DNA of 63,890 nucleotides, the filler included, from Collodictyon triciliatum (taxonomy: Eukaryota): the NCBI GenBank assembly GCA_043381765.1. It is 8 parts of 8 records of this genome, joined end to end, with 100 filler letters (N's around TTAATTAATTAA, not from the genome) between each part and the next. Parts side by side here need not be neighbours in the genome. Positions count along the whole stretch, not along the records: positions 8,711 to 17,318 come from JBHJMP010003361.1; positions 17,419 to 26,027 come from JBHJMP010003362.1; positions 26,128 to 34,740 come from JBHJMP010003363.1; 5 more parts are not named here. One strand, 5' to 3'. The notes beneath the pieces were generated by a model. It made no database searches. It was not told where the DNA came from and was given only the letters and a program-made list of their open reading frames with translations. The position numbers and the translations under genes are program-made. Shown here in pieces: positions 13,901-26,229 of this stretch (position 1 is its first letter; every line of letters begins with the position of its first letter).

Positions 13901-16900
13901 TGATTCTTACTCGGTCGGGTCTCTTTTTCTTCCTCGTCATCCAAAGAGGCAAGGGGATCATTTTTCAATTTCTTGCCAATTTTCAGCTTCTTTGGCTTGT
14001 TTTCTTGTGTGCTTTTGTAGAAGTCATACCTATACGTCATAGATCGTTTTACAAGATGCTAAGAAAAAAAATGATCGTACTGAATCATAAGCCCCAAGGA
14101 GATTATCAGCTATACATGATAAGGGCAATTGCATTCGAGAATATTATGCAAAAAACGACTTACATATCATCCAGCTCCTGGTCTAGTTTTTTCAAGTATG
14201 ACTCTTCATCGAACGCGCCGCCTTTTATGGAGCCACCCTCATCGCCAGAGCTTTCTATATGTAAAGGCAGAGAATTTTCATTTAAAAAAAGTGAAGGCTA
14301 TCTGAATCGGAGAAAGGTTGGGTGAAGGTAGAGAGCCAAGCATCAGTCGACAAAAATAAGTTGATGACTAACCACTGTTGGCTTCCATGTCGTCTGTGTA
14401 AGACGGGCCCTATTACAATTGACATGTGATTAACGGAATACATCAAGTAAGGATATGAAGAATAAGCTCCTATGCACGATAGAATTCGACTTTTTCGGTC
14501 TTTTGGTTGACTAAGAACGCAAATTGGGCCTTTGTTAGATGACAATATAACATGCCTTTTGATTCAATGTGAACAATCCGTCGGTACCAGAAGTTTCATA
14601 GTTATTTGTAGAACGAATCATTTTCATGTCGATTTTGCGCTGGATAAGGGCTTTCTTCTCTCGCTCTTTCCTTCTGCGACGCTTTTCTTTCAAGGCCATC
14701 TCAACTTCAAGTTTCTCAATCTTCGGGGGACAAGGCACAGAAAAGATATCAATAAGTCAAGCAAAGTATTTTTTTTAAAAGACAGACTATAGCTTGATTG
14801 TCAAACTACAATAACCTCTTCATCTGAGTCTTCCTCGTCTTTGTTCTCTACTTCCTCGGCAGATTTCTCTTTCTTGGTCTCTTTCTGTATTTTAAGGAAT
14901 TTATTGGGATATCACAAATGCTTTCAAAAATGTATATGATTTGTAGGGTTTATGAATTATATCAGTACAGAGTGCAGTACAATGTATGTAATAGTCTGCT
15001 GGTTTATTATTCATACGTTGATTGCTGCCAAACAGCGAATTCTCCATTTCAATAGTGCTTTGAACTCTTTCTTTCCAAGAAGCTTCAAATCTTCACAATG
15101 CTCACGAACCTCTTTCGTTGTAACATCTAACTCATTATACCTAGAAATGGTAGAGGTCGATGGTGAATTCGTTATTACTGCTTAATACTTATAAATTAAA
15201 CTATATCAAGTTAAAATTATATTGAGGAAATCAAACACATCTTCACTTACACTTTCGATTCTTTATCAAAAATAAATTTGTTGTGACGGGACAAAACAAG
15301 GAGCGGTTGCTCTGATTCGATGAAATCCTTGACAGAGCATTCCTTATACAACGTGTAGTTTCCGTCTTCATATCCCTCCCTGAATCGTTTCCGCTCTTTC
15401 TACAATAAGTAATAATTGATCCTTTGTTAGATGGAATAATCAACTTTATCGATTATGGAAAGGCAAGGAGAAGATTGTACCACGAGGTGGTGTGAAATCA
15501 TTTTGCTAACCACTGAAGAAGGAAAAAGACCGATAGAAAGAATAAAACTGATGATGAAAACCTTGGCGAAGATGTCGATAGGGGTGGCCATGTTGTCAAT
15601 TTCCTTAAAAATATATTTTGGGTCCAGCAAGCGAGGGTCGATCTCTGCTGGAGCTAGGTAATGGCGGCAGACAACGAATATTTCAGCTGAAGTGTTTCTA
15701 GAGTGCGGTATATTTAGGTAAATAGATGAATTCATATAAGTGAGAGAATCATGTATATCTTATATAGGCATGTGTAAATGATGTGAAATAGCGGTTCCAT
15801 GGTATGTTGAGTCTGTGGAAAGGTGCCGACCTGGAAGCTTTTGGCTTTGTAGCATCAACTGATTTGAAAAATTGACTAAAGACCCAAAGCAGTGCATTGT
15901 AGTCTTGAGAACGGAAAATCTTTGTGACAAAAGTTCCTATTGATGATTCATGTCACTTTTTACTAGCATGTTTTATGTCATATACTGAATTCAAGTAGGT
16001 TTGAATTTCAAGGTGGAAAAAAAAAAAAGGGAGGGTCATTTCGCATCATCGACTTTTTTTGGAGAAGAAAAAAGGAGTGAGAGAGAATTAAAAAAAAAAG
16101 AAACACACCTCCATCCATCAATATATTTGTTGCCAATTTCAATGCATAGAGCACAAGTTCTGATTGTGTATAAGCATCTTTTGACCATGCTGTACCGACA
16201 TTTGGTGCACCGTCATTCAGCACGCTATGATATAAATTGCATAGCCGTTAAGTTTACATCTTATGTGATTGAAATCGTTTAATTTGATATACGAGGGCAA
16301 CATTTTGCGGTTATTAAGTATCAAATAAAAAAGTTTTTAAAATGTGGGTAGTTTCCTCTACGTCCATGATTTATCTCAATTTAACAAGTAATTTATTATA
16401 AGGTAATTCGAGATATATTCGTCTTAATGCAAAATCCCTCATGTCTCATAGGGTGAAGAGGAAATAGGCGCATACACGTCAACTTTCCAGTCCTTTAAAT
16501 GGTGCATGATTTCGGCTTTGCACTTGGGTGTTGTGATATCTTCTTGCAGTGCAATGCACCCTTCGATAGGCTTAATCGGACACAAATCCACCCCGATGAT
16601 GATGCTTGACATGGGCATGTGTTTTCGAGCGACTTGCATCCTGCGGCCCAGTCAAATAGGCAAATAATAATCATTGGTATTCATATTTATGGATCCCGAT
16701 AAAAAAATCACTCCATGAAGCAAATAGTGAACTTCAAAGCGGAGTTGATAGTAAGGTGGAGGGTTTCGCATTCATTTGAAAGGGATATATGTTTAGACTT
16801 CTTTTTATTTAAAAAAAAAGGAGAGTTTTATGGGAATATAAAAAAAAATAATTACTGGGAAAGACAAAGAAGGAAAAGAGAGTCGTGTATATATGAGATA

Positions 16901-17050
16901 TTATAAGACGGTGTACCATGAACCCGGCGCTGCGCACAGATCGACTATAGCTCGTGCTGAAGAAAGGAAGTCGTACTTGCGATTTAGTTGCACAAGCTTG
17001 AAGGCAGCACGAGAGCGATACCCCTGTTCCTTGGCCAAGTGATAAAACCT
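10985..17050 (-). CDS. SPB1: Pre-rRNA 2'-O-ribose methyltransferase Spb1/FTSJ3; first exon missing
   Basis: [87 protein letters not shown]-terminal [13 protein letters not shown] and LVDPRMK; stop TAA at 10985-10987. Confidence 0.95.
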
Positions 17051-17076
17051 AGTTTGAATTGTGAGCTAACTCTCCT

Positions 17077-17284
17077 TTCTTTTTCTCTTTTTTTTTCTTT
17101 TTTTTCTTTTTTTTCTTTTTTTTCTTTTTTTTCTTTTTTTTCTTTTTTTTCTTTTTTTTCTTTTTTTCTTTTTTTCTTTTTTTTCTTTTTTTTCTTTTTT
17201 TCTTTTTTTCTTTTTTTCTTTTTTTTCTTTTTTTTCTTTTTTTTCTTTTTTTTCTTTTTTTTCTTTTTTTTCTTTTTTTTCTTT
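17077..17284. repeat. (T8C)n pyrimidine tract, intronic
   Basis: Directly visible; source of spurious poly-K/poly-F ORFs. Confidence 0.9.
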
Positions 17285-19786
17285 GTCATTACGGAGCCAA
17301 AGTCTGCTTCTAAACTTTNNNNNNNNNNNNNNNNNNNNNNNNNNNNNNNNNNNNNNNNNNNNTTAATTAATTAANNNNNNNNNNNNNNNNNNNNNNNNNN
17401 NNNNNNNNNNNNNNNNNNTTTTGTTTCTTTTTCTTTTTCTTTTTCTTTTTCTTTTTCTTTTTCTTTTTCTTTTTCTTAAGCCACAACAATTTAAACACAC
17501 AAAGTGCATGATTGCGAATTTGTATATTTGAGCCGAGCAGAGGGGAAAAAACACTGTAATTGACTGAATGAACTCCCCTGTGTTACGCTCTATGAAACAG
17601 GTCGTGGCGATGGCTCGATGGGCCTCTAAGGATTCGAGGGTTTTAGGGCAGCCTACATGTGCATTTAAAAATAATACCCAACTGTTTGCACTTGTCAGAC
17701 TCGCTTGATTATCTACTTCTATGAGAAGCGTAAAGACTTATCTGGAGCAAAGCACCCAGAAGAATTTCTTTCCCTCTCTTGCATCACACCACAGCGCAAC
17801 TGGCAAAACTCTCGGAGGCACTGTATCATGATATCTAATTGTCTTTGTTTTGAACAGCGACATTGATACAGCATCGTTACTAACATGGATGTACCCATTC
17901 TGTGAATTGACTGTTATTATTCATAGGAATGCTTATGTTAGATGCGATGTTTTCACGTCCAGTAAGTTGGTTTATTCGAGTCTCAAGGATTGAGTTGAAC
18001 AAAGAATGAGTTAACAATATTTATTAAGAAACACAAGGGTCAAGGGTGATTAGCAGATATGGCAAACACATGAGAGGTTATCATTGATAATGAGTTCGTT
18101 AATTGAGCAACTCAATCTAAGCTAACCATCTCCCAATTTTTATTGAAGGATATTATTTTTTTAATTTTTATTGAAGGATAACTAGGCGACGCAAAACTAT
18201 TATTTTCTTTTAAGAAAAAATAATAATTCAAGTTTATACTTTTTATAAAAATTGAGGGTATTTTGGAGCTTGGTGGGTGTGAAGTGCTCATTTATCTGAG
18301 ATTTTATCCTGCAGGAATTTTGGTTGTTGTTTGGGTGTTGTGCTTTGAGGAGAGAGGCATGTGAATCTCAGCTTTTATTCTCAGCATCCCTTGGCATTTT
18401 ATTATCCCGGGGTTTAATGAGTCAAGGCGGGAGAAGTGAAGGAATCTGTCAAGGAGAAATTCACATCTTTGAAGAATAAAAAAAGGGGGGAAGGAGATTC
18501 GCATGACAGCATCCGGCTAGTTCTGGGGAATGTGTGGATGAACGGCTGGATGTAGCATGAATGCTCACAACCCCAAAAACTAGACCATGTCTATGGCGAT
18601 CCAGATAAATAAAACCGCACGATGCGACACGGTATTGGGTTGAGATTCTGGTATTCTGGCAGAAGCATCAAGAGTAATTCGCCAGACTCTGTAACAAGCA
18701 TGAGATGATTGTTTTGATAAAGCGGCGACCATCAAGACGCGATGAGTGCTATATTTGAGATTCTCTTGGCGTTCTGGTAAGGATGTGTGAAACCTTGGCG
18801 CGGACTTCACAATCACATACATGATATCTGAATATGTATCTACTGTCCGTCATGTGCCCCCGCCAGGTTTAATGGAAATCATTACACAAATTATTACGCA
18901 TCCACTCGCTGTGCTTGTGCGGTTCTTGCGCCTTGCGTGTACTACCAGGTGACATCTGCGTAATCATTCCATATTTATATAATGACCTTTGTTGGTCGAG
19001 AATGTACAAATGGCAACCCACAATTGATGTTCGAAATTCTGTCCAACCCACCCTAATCGAGTTTCTTGCGCACGAATGCGGCAATCAAAAGCCAGGATTA
19101 ACTTTATTCCAACTTTAGACAGGAATTATTGAATTTCGCATTAAAGAATCTCCTTTTTTGGACGCGGCACACACAAAGACGGGCGGTGATTCGGTTGGCA
19201 GAACCGAAAAGATGGAAATTTTATTAATAGCAGACCAAAACACAAACACAAACACAAAGGAAAAAAAACACAAAGGAAAAAAAGAAAAAAGAAAAAAGAA
19301 AAAGAGATAGGAAGAAAAGGCACTTGTCCAATTCCTACACCACAACACAACTATATTTTCTGCTCCCTCCTTTTAATTGATTATGAATTGATTTGTTACT
19401 AGTTGTTGTTTTTTTCTTGTTTCCTGTTTGGTACGTTTCAAAATTCTGGTCGTGCTGGAAGCACCTCCACATTGTGGGATGGCACTCCCCTCACAAACAA
19501 GCAATTCTCTTCTCTTCAGTCTCAAATACTTTTTTTTTTAAAAAAAAAATATATTCATCTTCGATATATGCCGTCGTAAATGATGTATGGTTGAGACCGG
19601 GATAGGAACACGACTTTCCAGCTCACGCGCGCTTGTACTCCGTATAACATACAACACAAAGAAGCTCGGTGAACCATAGAATTAAGTTTCCCTGGCCCCT
19701 CTTTGGCTAACCGGTTTCCCTCTCAGTAAGCATAAACCAGCCGCCCAAATCCCTTTGCCCAGGACACAAAGCCGAGGCCTTCTTGC

Positions 19787-22700
19787 ATGGACGCACAGAC
19801 CATCTCCAGGTGACAGAGTTGACACTAGATAGCGCCCGAGTTGGTCGAGGCTTCATGTTCTTTTCCATGCCCATCTTCTTCCTTGCATTCTTTTCGCCCC
19901 GTTGAACTCCTGCTCTGGTTCATGTGTGCACTAGGAGTCGGAGCTGTGTTTCAGAGGATGAGCGTGCTGGCAATCTGGAAGCATGGTCCAGCTACGTTCC
20001 TCGTGCAGTCATCCAGAGCATCCTTTCTTCTGTTGGGCCCATAGTCCCCTCCGTTAAAAAGTCGAGAGCGGGTTCGATTGATTGTGCAGATATCGACTCT
20101 TTTATTAATCGAGATGAACCACAGACATACTTATTGTAGAGTATAGTGGGAGGATTTTCTCTGGAGCTTTTCATCATTATATGTAGTTATTCAGAATAGA
20201 TGATGATGTTTGATTTGCTTATGGTATTTATTCACGTTCTCTATTGCAGCTATTCTGTTTGCAGACATTAGCGGGTTTACCAAGCTGAGTGAAGTTCTCG
20301 GGCATAGCGGAACACAAGGTATCGAAATTCTGACAAGGTAACCCGCTTTTATTACCCAATATGTTGAATTAAGGAAGAAAACTTTAGTTTATTATGGCCT
20401 CGTGACAGTTAGTGAGAGCAAAATAATCATAATGATAACAACATCGCTTGTCTTTTCTTTTTATAATTTCTTTTTATATTTTCTTTTTATATTTTCTTTT
20501 TATATTTTCTTTTTATATTTTCTTTTTATATTTTCTTTTTATAACTCTTCATGTGATTTTACTTTGGTATCTCTTGTTCGACAATGTCATTTAATTCATA
20601 TTTATTCTTTCAAAGTCTTGCAACTTGCTCAATCTCTTTCAATCCAGGCATCTTAACACTTACTTTGGAGCTCTCATCGACGTTATTGACTACTTTGGGG
20701 GAGATGGTATGAATATTATTATCTAATATATGTATATAATCTCCTTTAGCGATATGTGTTCATATTTTCCAAGAAATCATTTTTTCGAAACAAAACTCTG
20801 CGCTTGAAATGAAATCAATAGTAAATCGTAATGTAGTGACGAAAATCGCAGGGGATGCGCTTCTGGGTGTGTGGTATGTGGAAGATGGAGATGGAGAACA
20901 GCAAAATTTTCTTCCAGGAAGCACATCAACTGAGGGTGGGAGTAGAAAGAATAAGAGGCATTGTCCTTTTACTCATGCGAGCCTCTTCGAAGCTACATTT
21001 AAGGCAGCTGCATGCGCTTTACGGTGTCTTGAGATACACAACTCATTCAAGATATTCACTGGAAAAGTGGGCGCCGAAGAAGCTGGTTCGTTGAAACTTC
21101 ATTGTGCATTGGCATGTGGGGATGCATACCCCGTATGGTGTGGAGGTAAGAATGCATCCATTAAGATATAAGTCGATTTTTTATGAAAAGAAAAAAGAAA
21201 GAGTAAAACCCATGAAGAACTGCATCCGACCTTCTTAATCTTTGTCAATACGATAGGAGTAAGGAATAAATTGGAGTATCTTGTATGTGGTGATGCAATA
21301 TACAATCATCTGCGCATTGCTCTTGGTAAATCTGTTGCTGGTGAAGTTATGCTGCATGAAACGGCGTGGACACAGCTTGGGACTATCAATAACATTCACC
21401 GAAACTCAATCGTATTTCATGTATGTGTACAGATGTCCTTAATTTACTTCTTTATTTGGATTTGATAGAAAAATGAAAGTAATACCAACTTAATTTTGTC
21501 GTTTTCATAGGATGTTGTGTCTGATAATCTAAAAAAACTTATCTCGATCGACTCGTCATGTTACAACCGATTTGGTATTTGAAGCATTCATAGATTCATT
21601 ACTCTTTCCAGTAAATTGTATTTGCAGCATTTTCCTCGAAAATATTATTCATTCTCGTATTACTTATGGTGCAATCATAAGGTGTTTCAGCCGGCTTCGG
21701 GAAGGATCTTGGGAAATCATTTAATTCTCGAAGCAAGGTATTCATCCTTCTCAAGATATGTTTCACGGACTTTGTATAAAGAAAATATATCGTCCATTTT
21801 TCACCGTCCCACGCGTTGCAGACCTTTTTTTTTTAGAGTAATTATAATAAAACCAGATGTCCATCATTATGCCTCTTATCTTGCTCTAAAAAAAAATTAC
21901 ATGCAAGATGTGGCTTCGCTCAATGGAAATTGAAGAAAGTGTCATCGAATCAATAAGGATGTACATTCAAACACCTGTCGAGAAAATGATATCATTTTCC
22001 CATGACGGAGGAGCTGAACTTCGGAAATGCTGCATACTTTTTGTTAGTTGACCTTCAGATACATTTTTTTTGGAAGAAATGACATGATGTTATTTAAATC
22101 TTACTTTCAAAGTTAAACGTGCCCCATTGTAGATATCGCTAACTGGGATGACATTTGTCGATGAGACTGGATTCCCCATGCTTCAACGATCGATCCAGAC
22201 GATCCAGCACATAATATACAAAACAGAAGGGTTTATTCGACAAGTCATCATGGTTAGTTTATTCTAAAGTTTTGCATTTTGTTTTATTTTTATTTGACAT
22301 CTGTTGAGCAATATGGTTCATACATTGTGATACGTATATTATGGGTGATAACAATAAATCAAAACCCGCAGGATGACAAAGGCTTCGTTGCTATTGCAGC
22401 TTTTGGGATATCAGGGATGTCTCACGAAGGTTTTGGATTTAAGAAAAACTGATATTGGAATCTTTTTATTGTACTTTGATTGGAGTGTATGGGTGATATG
22501 TGAAAATTCACCGTTCTCTATCAGATGACCCTTTCCGCGCTGTCAAATCTGCTCTAGATATTCAATCTGCCTTATTAGAATTTGGTACTCTTTATTCATT
22601 AATATTAAGTTAAATGATTGTATTCATCTAATGGATTTGATCGCCACAACCTTATATCCTGAGACGGTCGATGGTTTCTAAATTGAGTATAATATAGGAA

Positions 22701-25700
22701 TGACATGCTCTATCGGATGTTCCACTGGCAAAGTGTTCTGTGGGAATGTTGGTAGTGCATTACGAAGGTTTTTTTTTTTTATGCTTCATTCAAACACGCA
22801 TTCATAACATAAGGCGGATTTTTTCTTATTTCGATGATTTTCAACTTATTTATTTATTGATACTCGATAGGGAGTTTGCTCTTGTTGGTGGTAAGCTACA
22901 AATATGTTATATGTACATGAAAACGTTGATTCATAACTGTTGATATTGGTGTACCTCGCTTGTCAACCGTAATTCTTGGTGGTCTTTTTGGCGACATTGC
23001 ATTCCTACGAGCACTTCTGATAAATTGAATTTTCGTACAGACACTGTTAACTTCGCAGCGCACATGATGTGCAAAAAGCTTGGAGTTATTTGTGACTCAA
23101 TTACATTTGAAGAAACCAAAAGCTATCTGGCTTTCGAAGCTCTTAACCCTATGAACTTTAAAGGTTCTGATTATTCTGAAAAATAACCTGCTGATTATAT
23201 CGTGTATGTAAATAGAGTTTGCTGGACATTATTGCAGCGTAAATAATCAACCACCTTAAAATCTTCTTGCCTTTACAATCATAAAATCCTTGGTTGTAGG
23301 AAAATCTCAACCGGTAGTGGTATATAGACCAAGGGGATATGATACTAGAGTCGAGGAATTCAAGTTACATCCATCCAAAGAATCAGACGACTTTACTGGT
23401 ATTGAGAGTAATGATGTTAAGTTGGCCAGCACGTCCAACTCGCAATCGGTTTCATCCGCTCAGGGAAGCACTAAAGCATCATTGGGACGAAGGGCTTCTG
23501 CTCTGTCAAGGACTAGTGGAGGGAAAATTCACGGAAGAGACGCTGAGATGGATGCATTTACAGATCTGAAAAAATCGATGTTTTGCATGTGAGCATTACT
23601 TTGGCAGTCGCCTTTTTTTTTTCTTTTTAGAAAGAACTGGCTTCATATTCACACTACTCACATTCGACCGCCTTCAAATACTTTCGTTTTCATATGCCCA
23701 ACTGATGTGGGTTTTATGTTGATAGAAAAAAGGAAATAGGCGAACCATGCGATAAATTCTACTGCTCATCGAAGGTAGCTCTTAAAGTTAATTATACACC
23801 TTGCTGATTCATCAGGGAAAAGGAATTAGGATGAGTGATATTAATGATAACATATGCAGATTTCACAACATTAGTATGCTACTTTTTCCATAGGTGATGC
23901 TGATGATTGGCGATGGTGGCTCCGGAAAAACTGCGATTGTATCACGAATGGCCCAGATGTTGCACGAAGACCAAATATCATTCACAGTGACAAATGCCTA
24001 TTCTATGGAAGAAGGTACATCTTTCTTTGTCTGGGGAATGATATTTAGACAAATACTCTCTTTGGATAAGGCAGAAGATTCACATACAAGAATAAAGGTT
24101 TGCTCTTTGCCTTATTTAACACATTTATATTATATTCCTTTTTCTTTTTCTTTTTCTTTTTCTTTTTCTTTTTCTTTTTCTTTTTCTTTTTCTTTTTCTT
24201 TTTCTTTTTCTTTTTCTTTTTCTTTTTCTTTTTCTCTTGTTATTGCTATTTTTCCCTTGACTTCTGTATTATACCATTTGATTTACAGCTCGTCGAAAAG
24301 GCTCTTCTATCTCAAAATGTGGCTCTCTTCAACAAAATCGAAGACGACGAATATGCCTCTAGAGAAGCAACGAAGCGTGTATACCTTCTTCCACTATTGC
24401 AAGATTTATTGGAGCTGGACATCCCAGAATATGCCGATGTCAACGACCTCGATGCAAAGACAAAGTCGGAGAATATCCGCGCTCTATTATTACATATGAT
24501 GTCTGTGAGCGAAGTCTCGAAGCCGAGAGTCCTGATAATCGAAGATGTCGAATGGTAACAATTCATATTGCTTCATATTCCATGATGAGAAACCAAAAAA
24601 AAAAAAAGAGATTAATAAAATTTCATTTTTTTCATTCTATTTTCTTTATCAAAATGCAGGATGGATTCTTTATCTTGGCAGCTTCTGATTGATATTCTTT
24701 TGAAATGCCCTCACATTTTTTTTATTTTGACGTCTCGCCCCATTCAGAGCGAGAAAGTTACGACTGAATATTCCCAATTAGCAAAGATGCATGATATAGT
24801 TAGAGTCATTAACATACAGCCTCTTGAGCTAGACCCCTGCATCAAAATTATGAAAGATGTTTTGAAGGCAATAGATGTGCCTCTATCTATCGGAACCACT
24901 ATATATAACAAGACGCAAGGAAATCCATTTTTTCTACAAGGTAATTTCTGGAATGTTAATTTAGTACTGATAGTGCATTTCGGCTTTTTTTTAAAAAAAA
25001 ATGGTGACAATGGGTTAAATATTTAATTTTTCTAAAATAGAAACTTGCGTGATGCTTAAGCACAAAGGAATTTTTGAGGTGAAAGGAGGAAAATTGAGTC
25101 TAAGTCGTGGAGTCGATCTGGAAACAATGGCTTTACCATCTTCGATTGAGGCTATGGTGAGAAAGATAGCAATGATCGATTCTTATTTCTTTTTTTTTTA
25201 TTATTATTATTCTTCCTTTCAATTTTGTGCAGGGTGGTGGATATGTTGGCAATAATCGATTCTTTTATTCACGCATAATCTGATGGCTTAAACTGACCCA
25301 TGATGTACTATTGAATGCAGATCACGCAGAAAATCGACGAGATGGACCCACAGGCGTCGCATTTACTCAAAATTGGGAGGTAGGTTGTCGGAGTATTTTG
25401 GAGTCATAGTTGATGTTTTTTTATTATTAATTCTTCGTCTAATAATATTGTAACCATCCTCAGCGTGTTTGGTCGGAGCTTTCGCCAAGACGACCTCATC
25501 AAAGTTTTGCCATATCGAATGCACCCCCGATCTGTGACACGATATATGGAAATTTGCGAACTAAAGCATCTTATTAATCGGAAGCCGCCAGAATATCAGG
25601 AAATTACTTTCAAATCGACTATCATACAAGAAGTTGCATGTTTGTATTGTTCTTTTTTCTTGAATTAAATATTCCTCCTTGTGTTTGGATGTAAATGAAC

Positions 25701-25915
25701 CCCCTTACTCTTGATATACTTAAATTGTGTATCACATTACTCACAACCAAAAATAAAATAAAATTAGACAATCTGCTGTTGTTTTCACAAAGAAAGGATA
25801 TTCACTCCAAAATCGTTGGGCTGCTGGAGGAAAAGGTGATTGAAGAAACGCATGGCTTCTATTACACCCTCGCTCGCCATGCAATTATGTCTGAAAATTT
25901 GGCTAAAGGCATTGG
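19787..25915 (+). CDS. Soluble adenylyl/guanylyl cyclase-like protein (ADCY10/sAC architecture: two cyclase domains plus STAND NTPase); 3' partial
   Basis: SYVPRAV, LFADISGFTKLSE, TKIAGDAL, ELRKCCILF, RQVIMDDKG, GCSTGKVFCGNVGSALRREFALVGDTVNFAAHMM, KGKSQPVVVYRP, IHGRDAE, Walker A GDGGSGKT, Walker B VLIIEDVEWMD, TQGNPFFL; ATG at 19787 splices in frame. Confidence 0.92.
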
Positions 25916-26229
25916 TAGGAATTGATTATTTTATTATTCTTTTATTATTCTTTTATTATTCTTTTATTATTCTTTTATTATTCTTTTATTATTCTTTTAT
26001 TATTCTTTTATTATTCTTTTATTATTCNNNNNNNNNNNNNNNNNNNNNNNNNNNNNNNNNNNNNNNNNNNNTTAATTAATTAANNNNNNNNNNNNNNNNN
26101 NNNNNNNNNNNNNNNNNNNNNNNNNNNAAAAAGAGCGAAAAAAAAGAGAGAAAAAAAAGAGAGAAAAAAAAGAGAGAAAAAAAAGAGAGAAAAAAAAGAG
26201 AGAAAAAAAAGAGAGAAAGAAAGAGCTCA

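Noticed and set aside
14530..14555. Ultra-short 22-26 nt intron in SPB1
   Set aside because: Longer in-frame solutions of ordinary size exist and no other tiny introns are required in the window
16984..17374. Poly-K, F, N, I, Y, L and CV ORFs here and elsewhere
   Set aside because: Translations of intronic or intergenic microsatellites
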